Of a stretch of 64,000 bases of DNA, positions 42,244-53,729 are shown piece by piece; position 1 is the stretch's first letter; every line of letters starts with the position of its first letter. Below the pieces are notes generated by a model. The model did not search any database. It saw nothing but the letters and a program-made list of their open reading frames with translations, and was not told the DNA's origin. Origin of the DNA: Callorhinchus milii (taxonomy: Eukaryota). Position numbers and translations under genes: made by a program. The stretch covers positions 109,494,001-109,558,000 of the forward strand of contig NW_024704742.1 of NCBI RefSeq assembly GCF_018977255.1, read 5' to 3'.

Positions 42244-42483
42244 CTCTGGTGAAGTAAGGAACACCTGCAGTCTTTGCTTTAAGGCGGCATTCTGGGTTTT
42301 TGACTCATTGCAGTCAGGTGATTCCTTTTGATTAGTTTCCTGGAAGGAAAATGAGGTTGATTGCAGCCCTCCTGTAGCATCTAGTATGGAGTCTTTAAAC
42401 GAGGTTGACATGAGATCAAAGTCCTGCTTATTCAGATACGATGCCTTAATACCCTCATTAGATAATTGAGAACCAACAGAAGC
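42244..42483 (-). CDS. SLF1: SLF1 coding exon 5 (poorly conserved linker)
   Basis: Open 240-nt phase 0-0 exon, tttgcAG / GTAGGG. ASVGSQLSNEG...NAALKQRLQVFLTSPE. Position fits the post-BRCT linker. Confidence 0.75.
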
Positions 42484-44259
42484 CTGCAAATAGAAATTCA
42501 AATTTATATATGGATTTGAAAAGACAACTGCAGCTAAAGCTTAAGACAATTTTCATTTGTGAATTGAACCTTTTTATTTTCTTCCTGCAGCGAGCCGCTC
42601 ACCATCTTCAGAATTCAATTAGCCAATAATGTGTTATTGGAGTCAATTTGGTTGTACATTCAATATCATATTGAATGTAATCTATATGTGCTAAAGGTAG
42701 ACCCTCTACCCCCATCCTCTCAATGCTGGGGTCATTGAAAACAAGGCTACAGCACTGGACTTCAGACTTGTGGATCGTGTGGCTTTCAAATACCAATTAG
42801 AGACAGTTAACAAGCTTTTAACTTAATAAAGTGGTCGAATAGCGCAATCCACAAGTCCAATGTTTCGGGTCTGTCTCCACAGACGACACCATTGAGGACG
42901 ATGTCGGGGTCCCACCTTGGTGCCTCCAACGTGATAAATAATGAATCTCCAAATATTCCAATGTTGGGGGTTTTCAACTCAATAGCAATCAATGCTGATC
43001 ATGTCTCATTTCTACACTGTATTCCAATTAGCAGCCTCCTCATCAACTTAAAAGCAAAGCATATACAGAAAAGGAGGACAAATTGCTAAAAATCCAAGTA
43101 CAAATTGCTCCAAGAAGACTATAGTAGGTTGTGATCTGGGATGTTTTGGAAACAAAGTTCAACTGGTAGAAACCATGCATAAAATTCCATTGTTATATTT
43201 ATATAGATTCCATACAACCATCCACTACTGGTTGCTTCTACTTTCTTTCAAAATAGCTCTCATTCTACCATTCATTTGGCGGACTCCAGTGTGAAGGTAG
43301 AATTGATGATAATATGGCAGAGGTGCAGTCTTGGTCAGGGACAGAATAGCTCCTGCTATTACTGCTTGGAAAATCAGCGCACCAGCAAAACAAAATCTGT
43401 TCATGCTGAGAGCACAGGCATTTTAAATTAAAAGTGAGAATCTGTAGCAGCAAAAAGACTGCAAGGGAACATGAAACATAAAAAAAATAATCTTTACATC
43501 TGATATAGCATCTTGGGAGGATGTCTCAAAAGTTCTTCACATGATATACAGTAAAATTTAGTAAATGTGCAAAACACGTAGCCAATTTGCAAATAACAAC
43601 ATCTCACATCTATTTGAATAGTCCCCTAGGATCTTACACCGTAACAGACAGATGGCACTTCAATTTAAATCCTCATCTCCAAAAAAATGCTGCATCCCCT
43701 CTGCATTGTATTAACTTATCAGGCTAGACTGTTTTACAGGTCTGTCTGCGGTGGCTGACGAAGGGGTTGGCATAGGAGTAGGGTAAGAGTAGATCTGAGA
43801 GGTATGGAGGTGCTAGGGCATTATAGGATTTCTATGGGACCGTGAGAACCTTGGGATGTACTTCCGACATCAAAGGTGCTATATCAATGTAATTTTGTTG
43901 TTGAAGACCTTGAAGTCGATGCTTTCAGAGAGGCAGCCAGTGGAGCCTAAATTGGGTTTGCGAAATTTGATGTAAGTGGGTATGGGTGGTGGAATTTTGC
44001 ATTAGGTGGACCATGTGGATGGTGGAATAAGGGAGACTAGAAAGAAGTGCGTTTAAGAAACAGAATCAAGTCAGGAGTTGACAAAAGTTAGGATGAGGAT
44101 TTTGGCAGACTCCAGTGTGAAGGTAGAATTGATGATATGGCAGAGGTGCAGTCTTGGTCAGGGACAGAATGTGGGGGAGGAAGGACAACTGTGGAACAAA
44201 TTCAAGATGGTCATCCTCACACTCAAATCTCCTATACCAACCAACAGTTGCTTATTTAC

Positions 44260-44422
44260 CCGCATAATAAACTGTCCAATGTACTCGACTGGAAAGTAAG
44301 GTGCCTTGTATGAATTTTGTTGTTTCTCCACAAAATAATTCTTGTGTTCTGTTAAGACATGTGTAATTTCATAACTTTTTCTTGGTCGCTGATACACAAT
44401 TGCTTTTCCAGCAAGTAGGACC
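44260..44422 (-). CDS. SLF1: SLF1 coding exon 4 (BRCT2)
   Basis: RVLLAGKAIVYQRPRKSYEITHVLTE...SYKAPYFPVEYIGQFIMR resembles human RVLEAGKA..ITHV..KAPFYPIQYLGDFLL. AG/GT sites. Confidence 0.93.
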
Positions 44423-45056
44423 CTAGCAAAAGAAAGAACACAGGAAATGCATCTCACTTTTTCTCTCCCGTCTCATTACTCAAAGACTACAGTACAACTA
44501 ACACCTACTCAGAAAAAAGGTAGATACTAATTAGAACAGTGGTGTTTAGCATAACTTCCATCTTGGACTTACATAAGGAACAATACATAAACAAATAGTG
44601 TAAAACTCAGATAAGTCTTACCTTTATAAATCGTAAAACCGCCTAAATCGTACACGCACCTGAGGCCTATTCAGTTTCCTATCCAATCAAATGTATTTAT
44701 GCTAGTTGCATTAATCATCCTCTTAACACGTAAAGCTGTTCCCCTACCCTCCAGGAATAAAATTTCACGCATTCTTCCTTACAAGCAGTGAGTGTAGCAC
44801 AAATTCTCTGAAAATTTGGGAACCCCAATTGTTTGAACAACTTGCATTTATATAGTACCTTTCATATGGGCAGCGTCTGAGTGCTTAACAGTGGTGGAGC
44901 TTGACACGGAACTAGGGAGAGAGGGAAGTGACCATAGGCTTAGATGAAGAAAAAGGTCTACAGGTGGGATCTGAAATACGGTGGGTGCAAGCATAAAGCC
45001 AACCTACAGTAATTTACACTGCATCGGAGGAAGAAATAAGGAAACATTACAAATAC

Positions 45057-45300
45057 CTTCTAAAGATAGCTCTTCTTGCATCATCATGAATCAGAAGCAC
45101 TACTCTCCAGTTGTGAAATGCTCCTGGAATACCAGACTTGGACAGTTCTTCTCGCCATATCTTTGGTACAGATCCCATTTTAATAGGATATTGTTGTGAA
45201 TTATCCTGGATTTTATATCCCCATTCATACTGAGTTTCATTGAGCCACCTTGAACTTGTGGCACTATCAATGATATAGTCTTTAGTTAAAATCCATTTTC
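45057..45300 (-). CDS. SLF1: SLF1 coding exon 3 (BRCT1 end, BRCT2 start)
   Basis: GKWILTKDYIIDSATSSRWLNETQYEWGYKI...PKIWREELSKSGIPGAFHNWRVVLL. Canonical splice sites, phase 1 to 2. Confidence 0.95.
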
Positions 45301-45856
45301 CTAAGGGAAGCAGAAGGAAAATAAAATGAACTGTTAGTTTTTCATACTGGATTCACAGAAATCTCACAATTTATTGCCAACACTCCACCCATTCTGTTGT
45401 CTATCCACGCTTGTTAATTTCTTCTAATAAAAAAATTGGTCTCTTTTAATTAAACTATACTTTTAACTATACACTAGTTGGTCATTTGACATCTGAAAAG
45501 CTTGGGTTTGAGCCCTCGCCAGAGGAATAATAAAGAACGGCAGATGCTACAAACATGATATTAAACGCTGAAATCTATAACAGGCCAATCAGCATCGAAA
45601 GGCAAATAAGATTTTTCAAACGTATCCCTTTACTAGAAGGGCTGATTTTCAAAATGTTTCCAACATGAAATTTACTTTGTTCCTTTGTAGCTTAACCTGA
45701 TTTAATTTAATTACGTTAAACAAACTAGATTTTGATATTTTAGCTTTGTTTGCATCTCTGTAACTAACAAAGAATAGATTTACAATAAGTATGTTTACCT
45801 GAGGCAAACCACTTACTTTACTTTAAGCAGGATAAATATGTAATGTCTTTACTTAC

Positions 45857-45935
45857 CTGCAGCACAAGCTGCTAAATATTTTTCACTTCGACTTGGTTGA
45901 CTTGCTACAACATGAGTGCATTGTTCCCTATATTC
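45857..45935 (-). CDS. SLF1: SLF1 coding exon 2 (BRCT1)
   Basis: EYREQCTHVVASQPSRSEKYLAACAA carries the BRCT THL/SEK-LAA motif. AG/GTAAGT sites, phase 0 to 1. Confidence 0.93.
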
Positions 45936-46094
45936 CTAGTGGAAATAATTGGCAACTTTTAGTGGAGCATTCACTATTCATCATGATAGCAATTGGCCAC
46001 AATTTTCAACAGTTCCTTCAGGATTTCTCCCAACACTCCTCACAAAGCTATTAAAAAATCTACTTCACACAGAGGGTAGTGAGATTGTGGAACT

Positions 46095-47455
46095 TATACT
46101 CGTGTGGAGTATAAAGACCAACACGTACGGGTCGGGTTGAGTAGCCTGTTTCCCTCCTCGAGCCCTTGTAATCTGGTTTTCGCCCTGCCCACAGCAGAGA
46201 GACGACGCTTGTCAAAGTCACAAATGACATCCTCTCTCTCTGTGACCAGGGCTCCCTCTGCCTCCTTGTCCTCCTGGATCTCTCTGCCATGTTCAACACA
46301 GTCGACACCGCCATCCTCTTCCACCGCCTCTCCTCCCTCATCCACCTTATTGGGTCACATTCACATGGTTCGAGTTTTACTTAATCAACCTCCTCCATTT
46401 CATCTCGGCAAATGGTTTCTCTTCCCGCCCCAGCCCGGTGCAGGGTATCCCAGGGCTCCATCCTTAGCCCTCTTTTCCTCATCTGTATGCTCCCATTTGG
46501 AGTTGTCATCCGCAGAGGTAAAATTCCACGTGTATGCGGATGACACACAAATCTACTTTGCCTCCTCCAGTACCAATTCTAGGTCCGCCGATGTTCTATC
46601 AGCTTGTCTGGAAGACATCAAGGCCTGGATAAGTGCAAACTTCCTGCAGCTGAATATGGACAAGATGGAAGCTGTATTCCTGACTCCTGTCAACGTCTTC
46701 ACTCCTGCAGATCTAAACTCCTCAACCTCCCTGGGCTCTCCCTCAGACTCATTGAACTAGTGCACAATCTAGGCATCCGGTCCGACCCCCAGCTGTCCTT
46801 CCCCCTCCACATCCGGTCACTGACTAGGATTGCCTTCTTCCACCTCTGCTACATTGCCCACCTCCGATCGTACCTTATCCCAAACGCAGCCGAACCCCTC
46901 TTGCATGCGTTTGTCATCTCCCGCTTGGATTACTCAAACACACTCCTCAGTCTCCCCAGCTCCACTATTCCAAAAATCCAGCTCATTCAGAACTCTGCCA
47001 CCCGCCATACTCACCCGAACCAAACTCCATACCCACAACTCACCAGTTCTGACCAGGCTCCACTGGCTTCCCATCACCGATTGGCTTCAAGATTCTCCCA
47101 CTTGTGTCCAAATCCCTTCACTCCTTGGTACCTCACTACTCTCCGACCTCCTCACTCCCCAATCCACCACCTGCCACCTCCGCTCGACTGGCACCGGCCT
47201 CCTGCTTGTCCCTCGCACCTTACACCGCACTATTGGAGGTTGCACTTTCAGCCACTATGCCCTGGAACTCTGGAACACTCTCCATCAATCCCTTCGCCTT
47301 GCCCCCTCTCTCCCCTTTTCCAATCTGAAGACCTTCTTCTTCGACTGTGCTTACGGCCACCTCTCCCCATCTGCCCACCCAACTCCACCACTGTTAAGGG
47401 TTCTGAGACTCTGCCCTGCACGGAGGGAGTTATATAAGTGCAAGTTGTCGTTGTT
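46095..47455 (+). mobile_element. L2-clade LINE fragment (RT to 3' end, frameshifted)
   Basis: RT motifs LDLSAMFNTVD and FHVYADDTQIY, then SRLDYSN..IQNSA..LHWLPI and a (TTG)n-like tail. Confidence 0.9.
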
Positions 47456-47852
47456 GTCACACTGTACATTCTTTGTAAATCTTTGCAAGGATTTCTCAAA
47501 TTAGTTTCAGCGCATACAAATGTAATTTGTTGTTTGGATACTCTGAAGCATACTGATTGGCTTCCGTTGTGCCAGACGCCCGGTTTATCAAAAATAATCC
47601 ACTCAAAAAATAAAATAAGCATCCAGTGAGGGAAACCGTTCTACTTGAGATGAAACAAACTTATATATTCTTTGAATTCCATTCTTCGCTTTCACGAAAG
47701 TTAGAAAGACAAGTTGCTTATGTATAAATTATTACTTTTCACAACTGGACAATACGAAACGTTGAGACGTATGTGCTGGCGTGAACTATCGTCAGGCCTA
47801 GGCACTCAAATGAAAGATACCCAACAATACCAACTTTCTTATTATTGAAGTG

Positions 47853-48350
47853 TACTCTCGCGCACCAGGCTCCGTGACCCCATCACTCCCACCTTCGCCA
47901 GACTCCACTGGCTCCCCATCCCTCAGAGGATCGAATTCAAGATCCTCGTCCTCACTTTCAAGGCCATCCATGGCCTTGCCCCCTCCTACCTCTCTGACTT
48001 GCTGACTCCCTACCAACCTGCCCGCTCTCTCCGTTCAGCGGGCTCCAGCCTGCTCCAGTCTCCTGGCCAACCCACTCTACCATTGGTGGCCGAGTTTTCA
48101 GCCTCTCTGCCCCCACACTCTGGAACTCCATCCCACAGTCCCTTCGCCTCACTTCCTCTCTTGCCTCCTTCAAGGCCAGTCTCAAGACCCTCCTCTTCGA
48201 TTGCTCCTTTGGTCGCCCTTCCACCTCTCTGCCTTCCCTCACCCCTACCCGACCCCTCCCCCATGCTCAGGTCCTGACCCCTGACTGTCCAGCGTCTTGG
48301 GACATCCTTCCTATGTGAAAGGCACTCTATAAATGTAATTTTGTTGTTGT
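47853..48350 (+). mobile_element. L2 3' fragment
   Basis: ITP..LHWLPIPQRIEFKIL..APTLWNS remnant plus the L2 tail. Confidence 0.87.
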
Positions 48351-48493
48351 AAGACTAGAACTTCTGACTCAAGAAGTAAGCGAATAACTAAATAAGCCAA
48401 GCTAACAAAGTATCCCAACTACCATAACTCAATGAAAATTGAAATACTAAGTTGATTCCAAGGAATAGACTTCAATCACTAATTATGACTCAC

Positions 48494-48607
48494 TTGTTCA
48501 TGAAGATAAACACAGTCCATCTGAGAAAGTATCTTGACAATGATCCCCTTTTCAGGATGCTTGAATCCTGTTAATTGTATTATAGGTTTCTGCACCAATC
48601 CAGCCAT
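48494..48607 (-). CDS. SLF1: SLF1 (ANKRD32) coding exon 1, start of BRCT1
   Basis: ATG directly after ttgtAG acceptor. MAGLVQKPIIQLTGFKHPEKGIIVKILSQMDCVYLHEQ resembles recalled human MEDGTPKHIIQMTGFK..LDC. GTGAGT donor. Confidence 0.92.
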
Positions 48608-50459
48608 CTACAACGAAAAAGAAACACTTAGTGCTGATTCTCCTTCATGGATCACTTCAATTCGTGAATAAAGACACCAGGATTTTATTGCAGAACCAAG
48701 AGTAGGGAAAGAAAAAAAAAGACAATAAGAACATGTAAAATTAGTTTAAATCATGCAATACAATGAAAATTAAAGAACTTTTCGACAAATCTACATCAGT
48801 AGAATATTCTGTATTATAAAGTTAGCAAGTCCTGAAAAGAATGATTTCCTAAAAAGAATGAATTCTGAAAAGAATGAAAAGTCCTGTACTGAAAGTGTTT
48901 TAAAAGTTGATATTGCTGTAGAACTATCCCGTCAAACAATGTGCAGGGCATTAACATTTCATAAAATAGTCAATTCACTTGACTGTATATTCTGTGAAGC
49001 GCTTTGAGACGTCTGGAAGACACGATGAAGTGCTATATCAAATGTAAGAATTATTTTTATTATTATAAAGTAGGATTGTTGTAATGGCTCCAGGCTTTGC
49101 GAAAACGAGTTTGATGCACGAGTTGTTCCATCTGCCAATGGGAAAAATTAAGATGAACTCAAACACATATGTTGACTACCTCTTTTGGTGATGCAAAGAG
49201 TGTCTAGGGAACATCATTTTGTTTAAACTTCCAATTATTGTTCACAACAAATAAACAATTTAAATGCAACATAATTAAGCTAGATTTTAAATATTCCAGA
49301 GCAGAGGGTATCATTTCAAATATACAAAAAAACATATTTATTTCACTTTTTCCATTTGAACATGTGCACAAGATGCAGATTCCCAGAAAGGATGGCTAAA
49401 ACATTACATATCTTCAGATTTCCACCAAAATAAGTACATTTTTTACGTTCCTCAAACGCTTCAACAAACATTCAAATTCAGGCAGAATCACTTTGTTATC
49501 ATACAAAAATGAAGTAATTTATTTAGAACTGTACACAAGTTCTGATCTCGCCTGTCTCAGGTGAGTGTTGAAGATCCCTTGCCACTATTTAAAAAGAGAA
49601 GGGAATTTCCCCCATTTCCCCCATTGTCCTGGCCAACAATGCCCCAAATAAAATTGGTCATCCACTTTATGGCTATGTGCAAATTGTCTGCTGCATTCAC
49701 CCACAAAACAATTCGCAATATATTCTAAGAAGTCCTTTGGGACATCCTCCAAAATGTAAATATGGTATATACATATAGAAACTAAAAAAATGCACTTCTC
49801 AAACAGTAACCAATCATATAATCACCATCAGACTTATTAAGTGGGAAACTGCCTCCATTATCATGTTGTCAAGGCTTCTCAAAGCACTGCACAGGATATG
49901 TGACTGTATTTTGTGCGCGAATGCTGCACCCAATCTCTGCGCAGCTTTGGAGTGAGCAACTTTATATTTGGGAGAATGTTTGCCAGAACACTGGGATAAA
50001 CTCCCTTCTCTTTTTCAACAGTACCATGGGATTTTATTTTAATGTCCACTGGACAGGCAGTCCGGACCTTACTTTAACGTCTCTTCCAAAGCACAGCATC
50101 TCCAACAACATTCCCAGTACTGCATCGGAGTGATTTTGCAACCACTACAGTGAACTCAGTTTACTGGGCAGACTCCGGGTATCCAGAATGCCAACCTAGC
50201 ATGACCAGACCCAAAACCCAAAAAATTAATTTTCACAGGCCTATATGGGTAGACTTCCACCAGTCCACCTTTCGTGACAAGCGCCAACACCTCACCGTCC
50301 TCGCTGGCCTTCACAGTGGGCAGGAATAACAATTTTGATTCAGACAGTTTTAATCCCACAAACAGAAAATAGCTTATTCAACAGCAAATTACATTTGTAT
50401 AGTGCCTTCCACATCAACACAACCCATATTCACTGCCTTTTGCTACGGTGTTCAAACAA

Positions 50460-50785
50460 GTGGAGTCCTGTAGCTCAGTGGTTAGAGCACTCGCATTGCA
50501 AGCGAGACACCTGAGTTCAACTCCAGGCAGAGGGCGAAACCTTGGGCAAGTTTCCTTACTCCACACAGAGCCTAATAATAATCCCTCCAAAACCAAAAAC
50601 AATAATAAAATTGGTCATTTTCAATCTACGACTGTTTGTGGGACATTGCTGTGCGCAATTGGCTGTCGCGTTCGCCCACAAATATACAGTCAATTCACTT
50701 TACAGTATATTCTGTGAAGCGCTTTGGGACGTCCTCCCGACATGAAAAGCGCTATATCAAATGCAAGGATTATTATTATTATTAT
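50460..50785 (+). mobile_element. Full-length tRNA-Ala-derived SINE, young subfamily
   Basis: Same head, body and (ATT)n tail as the 24913 and 34839 copies. Confidence 0.9.
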
Positions 50786-51351
50786 AATTACAATGCAGGT
50801 ACTGACATTTTTCAGCATTGTAAAATATCAGTACCGGCAGTATAATTACACTCACTGTACTGGATCTCCCCCATTAGTCTGGTTAGCCAGGATTTAAGTG
50901 TATATAGGTTCCAACCCCGACGAAGGGCTTGAACCCACAATTTTCCAACTTCCCGGCAAGAGTGCGACAATACTGACACACTTAAGACTACGGTCTCAAA
51001 ATTAACCAGGATTTGGGGGCCTTTTCAAATCCAGTCTTAAACTTCGAAGCCCAATTTCTGCAATTCTTAAAATGAAACCCGATTTCCAAATTTAGACCGA
51101 CTGAATTTAAAAATTCTGCACACCTTTACAAGACAGGACAGCAGAGGTACTGGGGCCCTCGCGTAGTTGCTTCCTGGACTGAGTTGACTCTGTACTCCAG
51201 TTATACGCCCAACACGAAAGGCGCTACATAATAAAAACCCTTGCATTTGATATTGCGCCTTATCACACCGTTGAGACGTCCACAAAGCACTTCGCAGAAC
51301 ACAACGGAAAGGTGACTGCGTACTTTGCGACTGAATAATACCGCTTGCATT

Positions 51352-51508
51352 TAATAATAATAATAATAATCCTTGCATTTGATATAGCGCTTTTCACGTC
51401 GGGAGGACGTCCCAAAGCGCTTCACAGAACACACTGTAAAGTGAATTGACTGTATATTTGTGGGCGAACGCGGCAGCCAATTGCGCACAGCAATGTCCCA
51501 CAAACAGT
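51352..51508 (-). mobile_element. 5'-truncated young SINE copy (an older SINE tail adjoins at about 51230-51340)
   Basis: Reverse complement of the 3' half of the 24913/34839/50460 SINE, with CpGs intact. Confidence 0.88.
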
Positions 51509-51816
51509 CTTTTTTGATGTAGCGTCTCACTGTTGAGAAGTCTCAAAGCACTTGATAGGATATGCTGTCAAGTGGATTGACTTGTGCATTTTGTGGACGA
51601 ATGCAACCTACTGGTAAACTAGCCCTGGGTCTCCTGCCCCTATGCCCTGCGTACGCTGAGTGTGGGCGAAAGGGCGAGGTACACGCAGGGCAGCGAGGCT
51701 TGCAATCCCGAGGCGACCTCTCACGCCGCTGACCTGAAAGCTCCCGTGAGGCGTTGGCAGCTCAGAGCACGGCACGGCAAGGCCTCCCTCCCCCTCCCGG
51801 CGCTCGGGTTACTCAC

Positions 51817-51900
51817 CGTGTCACCCGCGCTCTCCGCCGGTGGGGCTTGAACGTTCAAAACCTGCGCTCGCCGGCCGCCGCGAGGCGACTTTCAACCGAA
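51817..51900 (-). other. SLF1: Probable non-coding first exon of SLF1 (5' boundary unknown)
   Basis: Strong donor ACG|GTGAGT on the minus strand (plus actcac 51811-51816) inside the CpG island. The first coding exon starts with ATG directly at an acceptor, so an upstream UTR exon is required. Confidence 0.6.
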
Positions 51901-52559
51901 CAAATTCAAACCCAACCGCCTCGACGCCAAGCACGTCACGCCACCCTCGCGCTGCTCCCCAGCCGCGTCACGGGAGACGCTCCCCTCGCCCCCCCCCCCC
52001 CGCCACACAAACCCCGTCAGTTACTGTAATCCCACAGGACACGAGGAGCGCAAATCTCCCGCGCAGCTTCGTCTTTGGCTTTCAAATCAAACCGCCGCCT
52101 CTCCCTAGTCGGTCGGTCGGTCTCTTTCCCTCCCTCCCTCGCGCTCTGGGCGCGCGCGCCATAACCTTTGCCCTTCCCCCCCGGGAAGTTTTGAAGGCGT
52201 CAGATTGTTGACATACGTCGGCGGTAACCAGACCAACCGAACACCAGCCTCGCCCGGCGTCTGCTGGTGGGGAGCGCCCGGTTTCGGTTTAGCGCTTTTG
52301 AAACCGGGTTAAAAGATGAAAAAAAAAGTCTTATTACACTACACCACCCCTCCCTCCCTCCCCGAAAAAAAAAGGTATCGCTAGTTTAACTGAGAAAAAA
52401 TTAGGCGCCCGCCCCGAAGCCATTTTTTTTCACGCAGTGCAACGAAAACCCACCCAATTGGTCGTTTTGTTTTTGTGTGTGGGTCGCACTCTGCGTGCCG
52501 GGAGCCGTTAGACGGGCATGCGCACTGCACTCTCCCCGCCCCTCCTCGCGCGTCCCCCA

Positions 52560-52768
52560 GCGGGACGCGTCTGGTCTCCGAGCGACGTGTTTGTAAACAA
52601 ACGGCAGCCTCCAGCGAGGAGTGGGGAGGGTGGGGTGCGCAGTTGAGGGGGCGAAGAAGAAGAGGAAGAAACACACTCGCAGGACGGTTCGGGCTGAGTG
52701 AAGGAGTGACATTTTCCCTCTGAAACGCGGGGGAGAGAGTCTGGTGGTGGGGGGGGGGTCAATTCAGC
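52560..52768 (+). other. KIAA0825: Candidate non-coding first exon of KIAA0825 (5' boundary uncertain)
   Basis: Donor AGC|GTAAGT at 52769 near the right end of the CpG island, oriented toward the KIAA0825 coding exon. Confidence 0.45.
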
Positions 52769-53729
52769 GTAAGTTTTAAAGAGCCCCCGAGGGCTGTTGT
52801 ACGTCGCGCGCGTTTACGGTTGGCGGCCTGTGGTCGCGGTGCCTGAGCTGTGATGGTCTGCGGATACCCGGATGTCAACCACCGAGGCATCTTTTCCCTT
52901 CGGATCACGTTTCTGCAGCTGTTCTGTGTTTAATATGTAATAGTATCGGATCGGCGATGCTCGCCTCTCTCTCTCTCTCCCCCCCCCACCCACACACACA
53001 TTGTTTAATCGTGTTTCTGTGTCCCGGACTCATTCCATTTATTTGGTGTTAGGACACCTCTAAATGTTATTGGTGGTACTTTATAGGTTGGGCAGGAGAA
53101 ACTCTCGCCCTTGTCATAACTGGTGTTTTTTCTCGTTTTAGTATGTGATTGAATCGAGCTACAGCTTGTGTGTGTGTAAAAAAAGAAATAAGGTTGCAAT
53201 CGATCACTTGACTGTTATCAAATTTTATCAGTCCCATAAGAAACAAAACCAGATGTATGGAGTGAATGAATGGTGGTGTTTCCTACTATATTACAAATCG
53301 CAGAGATGTCAGCCTTTACGCAGTAGTTATGGTAATGTTTTTATTGGTTTTTATTCCGATCAATTAGTTTTTTTTAAAACTTTCAAATTATTTGGTATGG
53401 AAAAGGTTGTTTATTTTTATAGTATGTGGCCACATCCACCATCATATTAACAATGGAGGCATATTTGCCACAAATTTACAGTAAACATCTGTAATACTCC
53501 TGATTTGGATTTAGGATTGCAGTAAATTGGTGCTCAAATTGCAAAGTTTATTATTATTTTAAATGAAGATAAAAAAATCTCATTTTAATACAAGATCAAA
53601 TAAAAGAAAGTTGCAGTTATTTGAGTATTATATTATGTAACATAATTATTGTTAATTTATTTGGAAGACCTCAAGAATTTCTGTTATTGTAATAACTGCA
53701 TTATTCAAAAAACGTATCTTATTTCAACA

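Larger units (their letters stand above)
51600..52990. promoter_or_regulatory. CpG island / bidirectional promoter shared by SLF1 (-) and KIAA0825 (+)
   Basis: The only GC- and CpG-rich stretch in the window, between divergent genes. Contains NRF1-like GCATGCGCA (about 52516), CRE-like CGTCAC (about 51934 and 51966), CCAAT (52454) and several TTTGAA hexamers. Confidence 0.85.

Noticed and set aside
42590..43089. Several short ORFs and a plus-strand acceptor-like site in SLF1 intron sequence
   Set aside because: No recognisable product and no consistent acceptor/donor pair.
46104..47504. Long overlapping ORFs (218, 277 and 224 aa) as a host gene or active retrotransposon
   Set aside because: They are frameshifted pieces of one 5'-truncated L2 ORF2, with no endonuclease or ORF1.
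51662..52999. Many ORFs on both strands in the GC-rich region
   Set aside because: A by-product of low stop-codon density in the CpG island. The translations are low-complexity Pro/Arg/Ala-rich with no homology.
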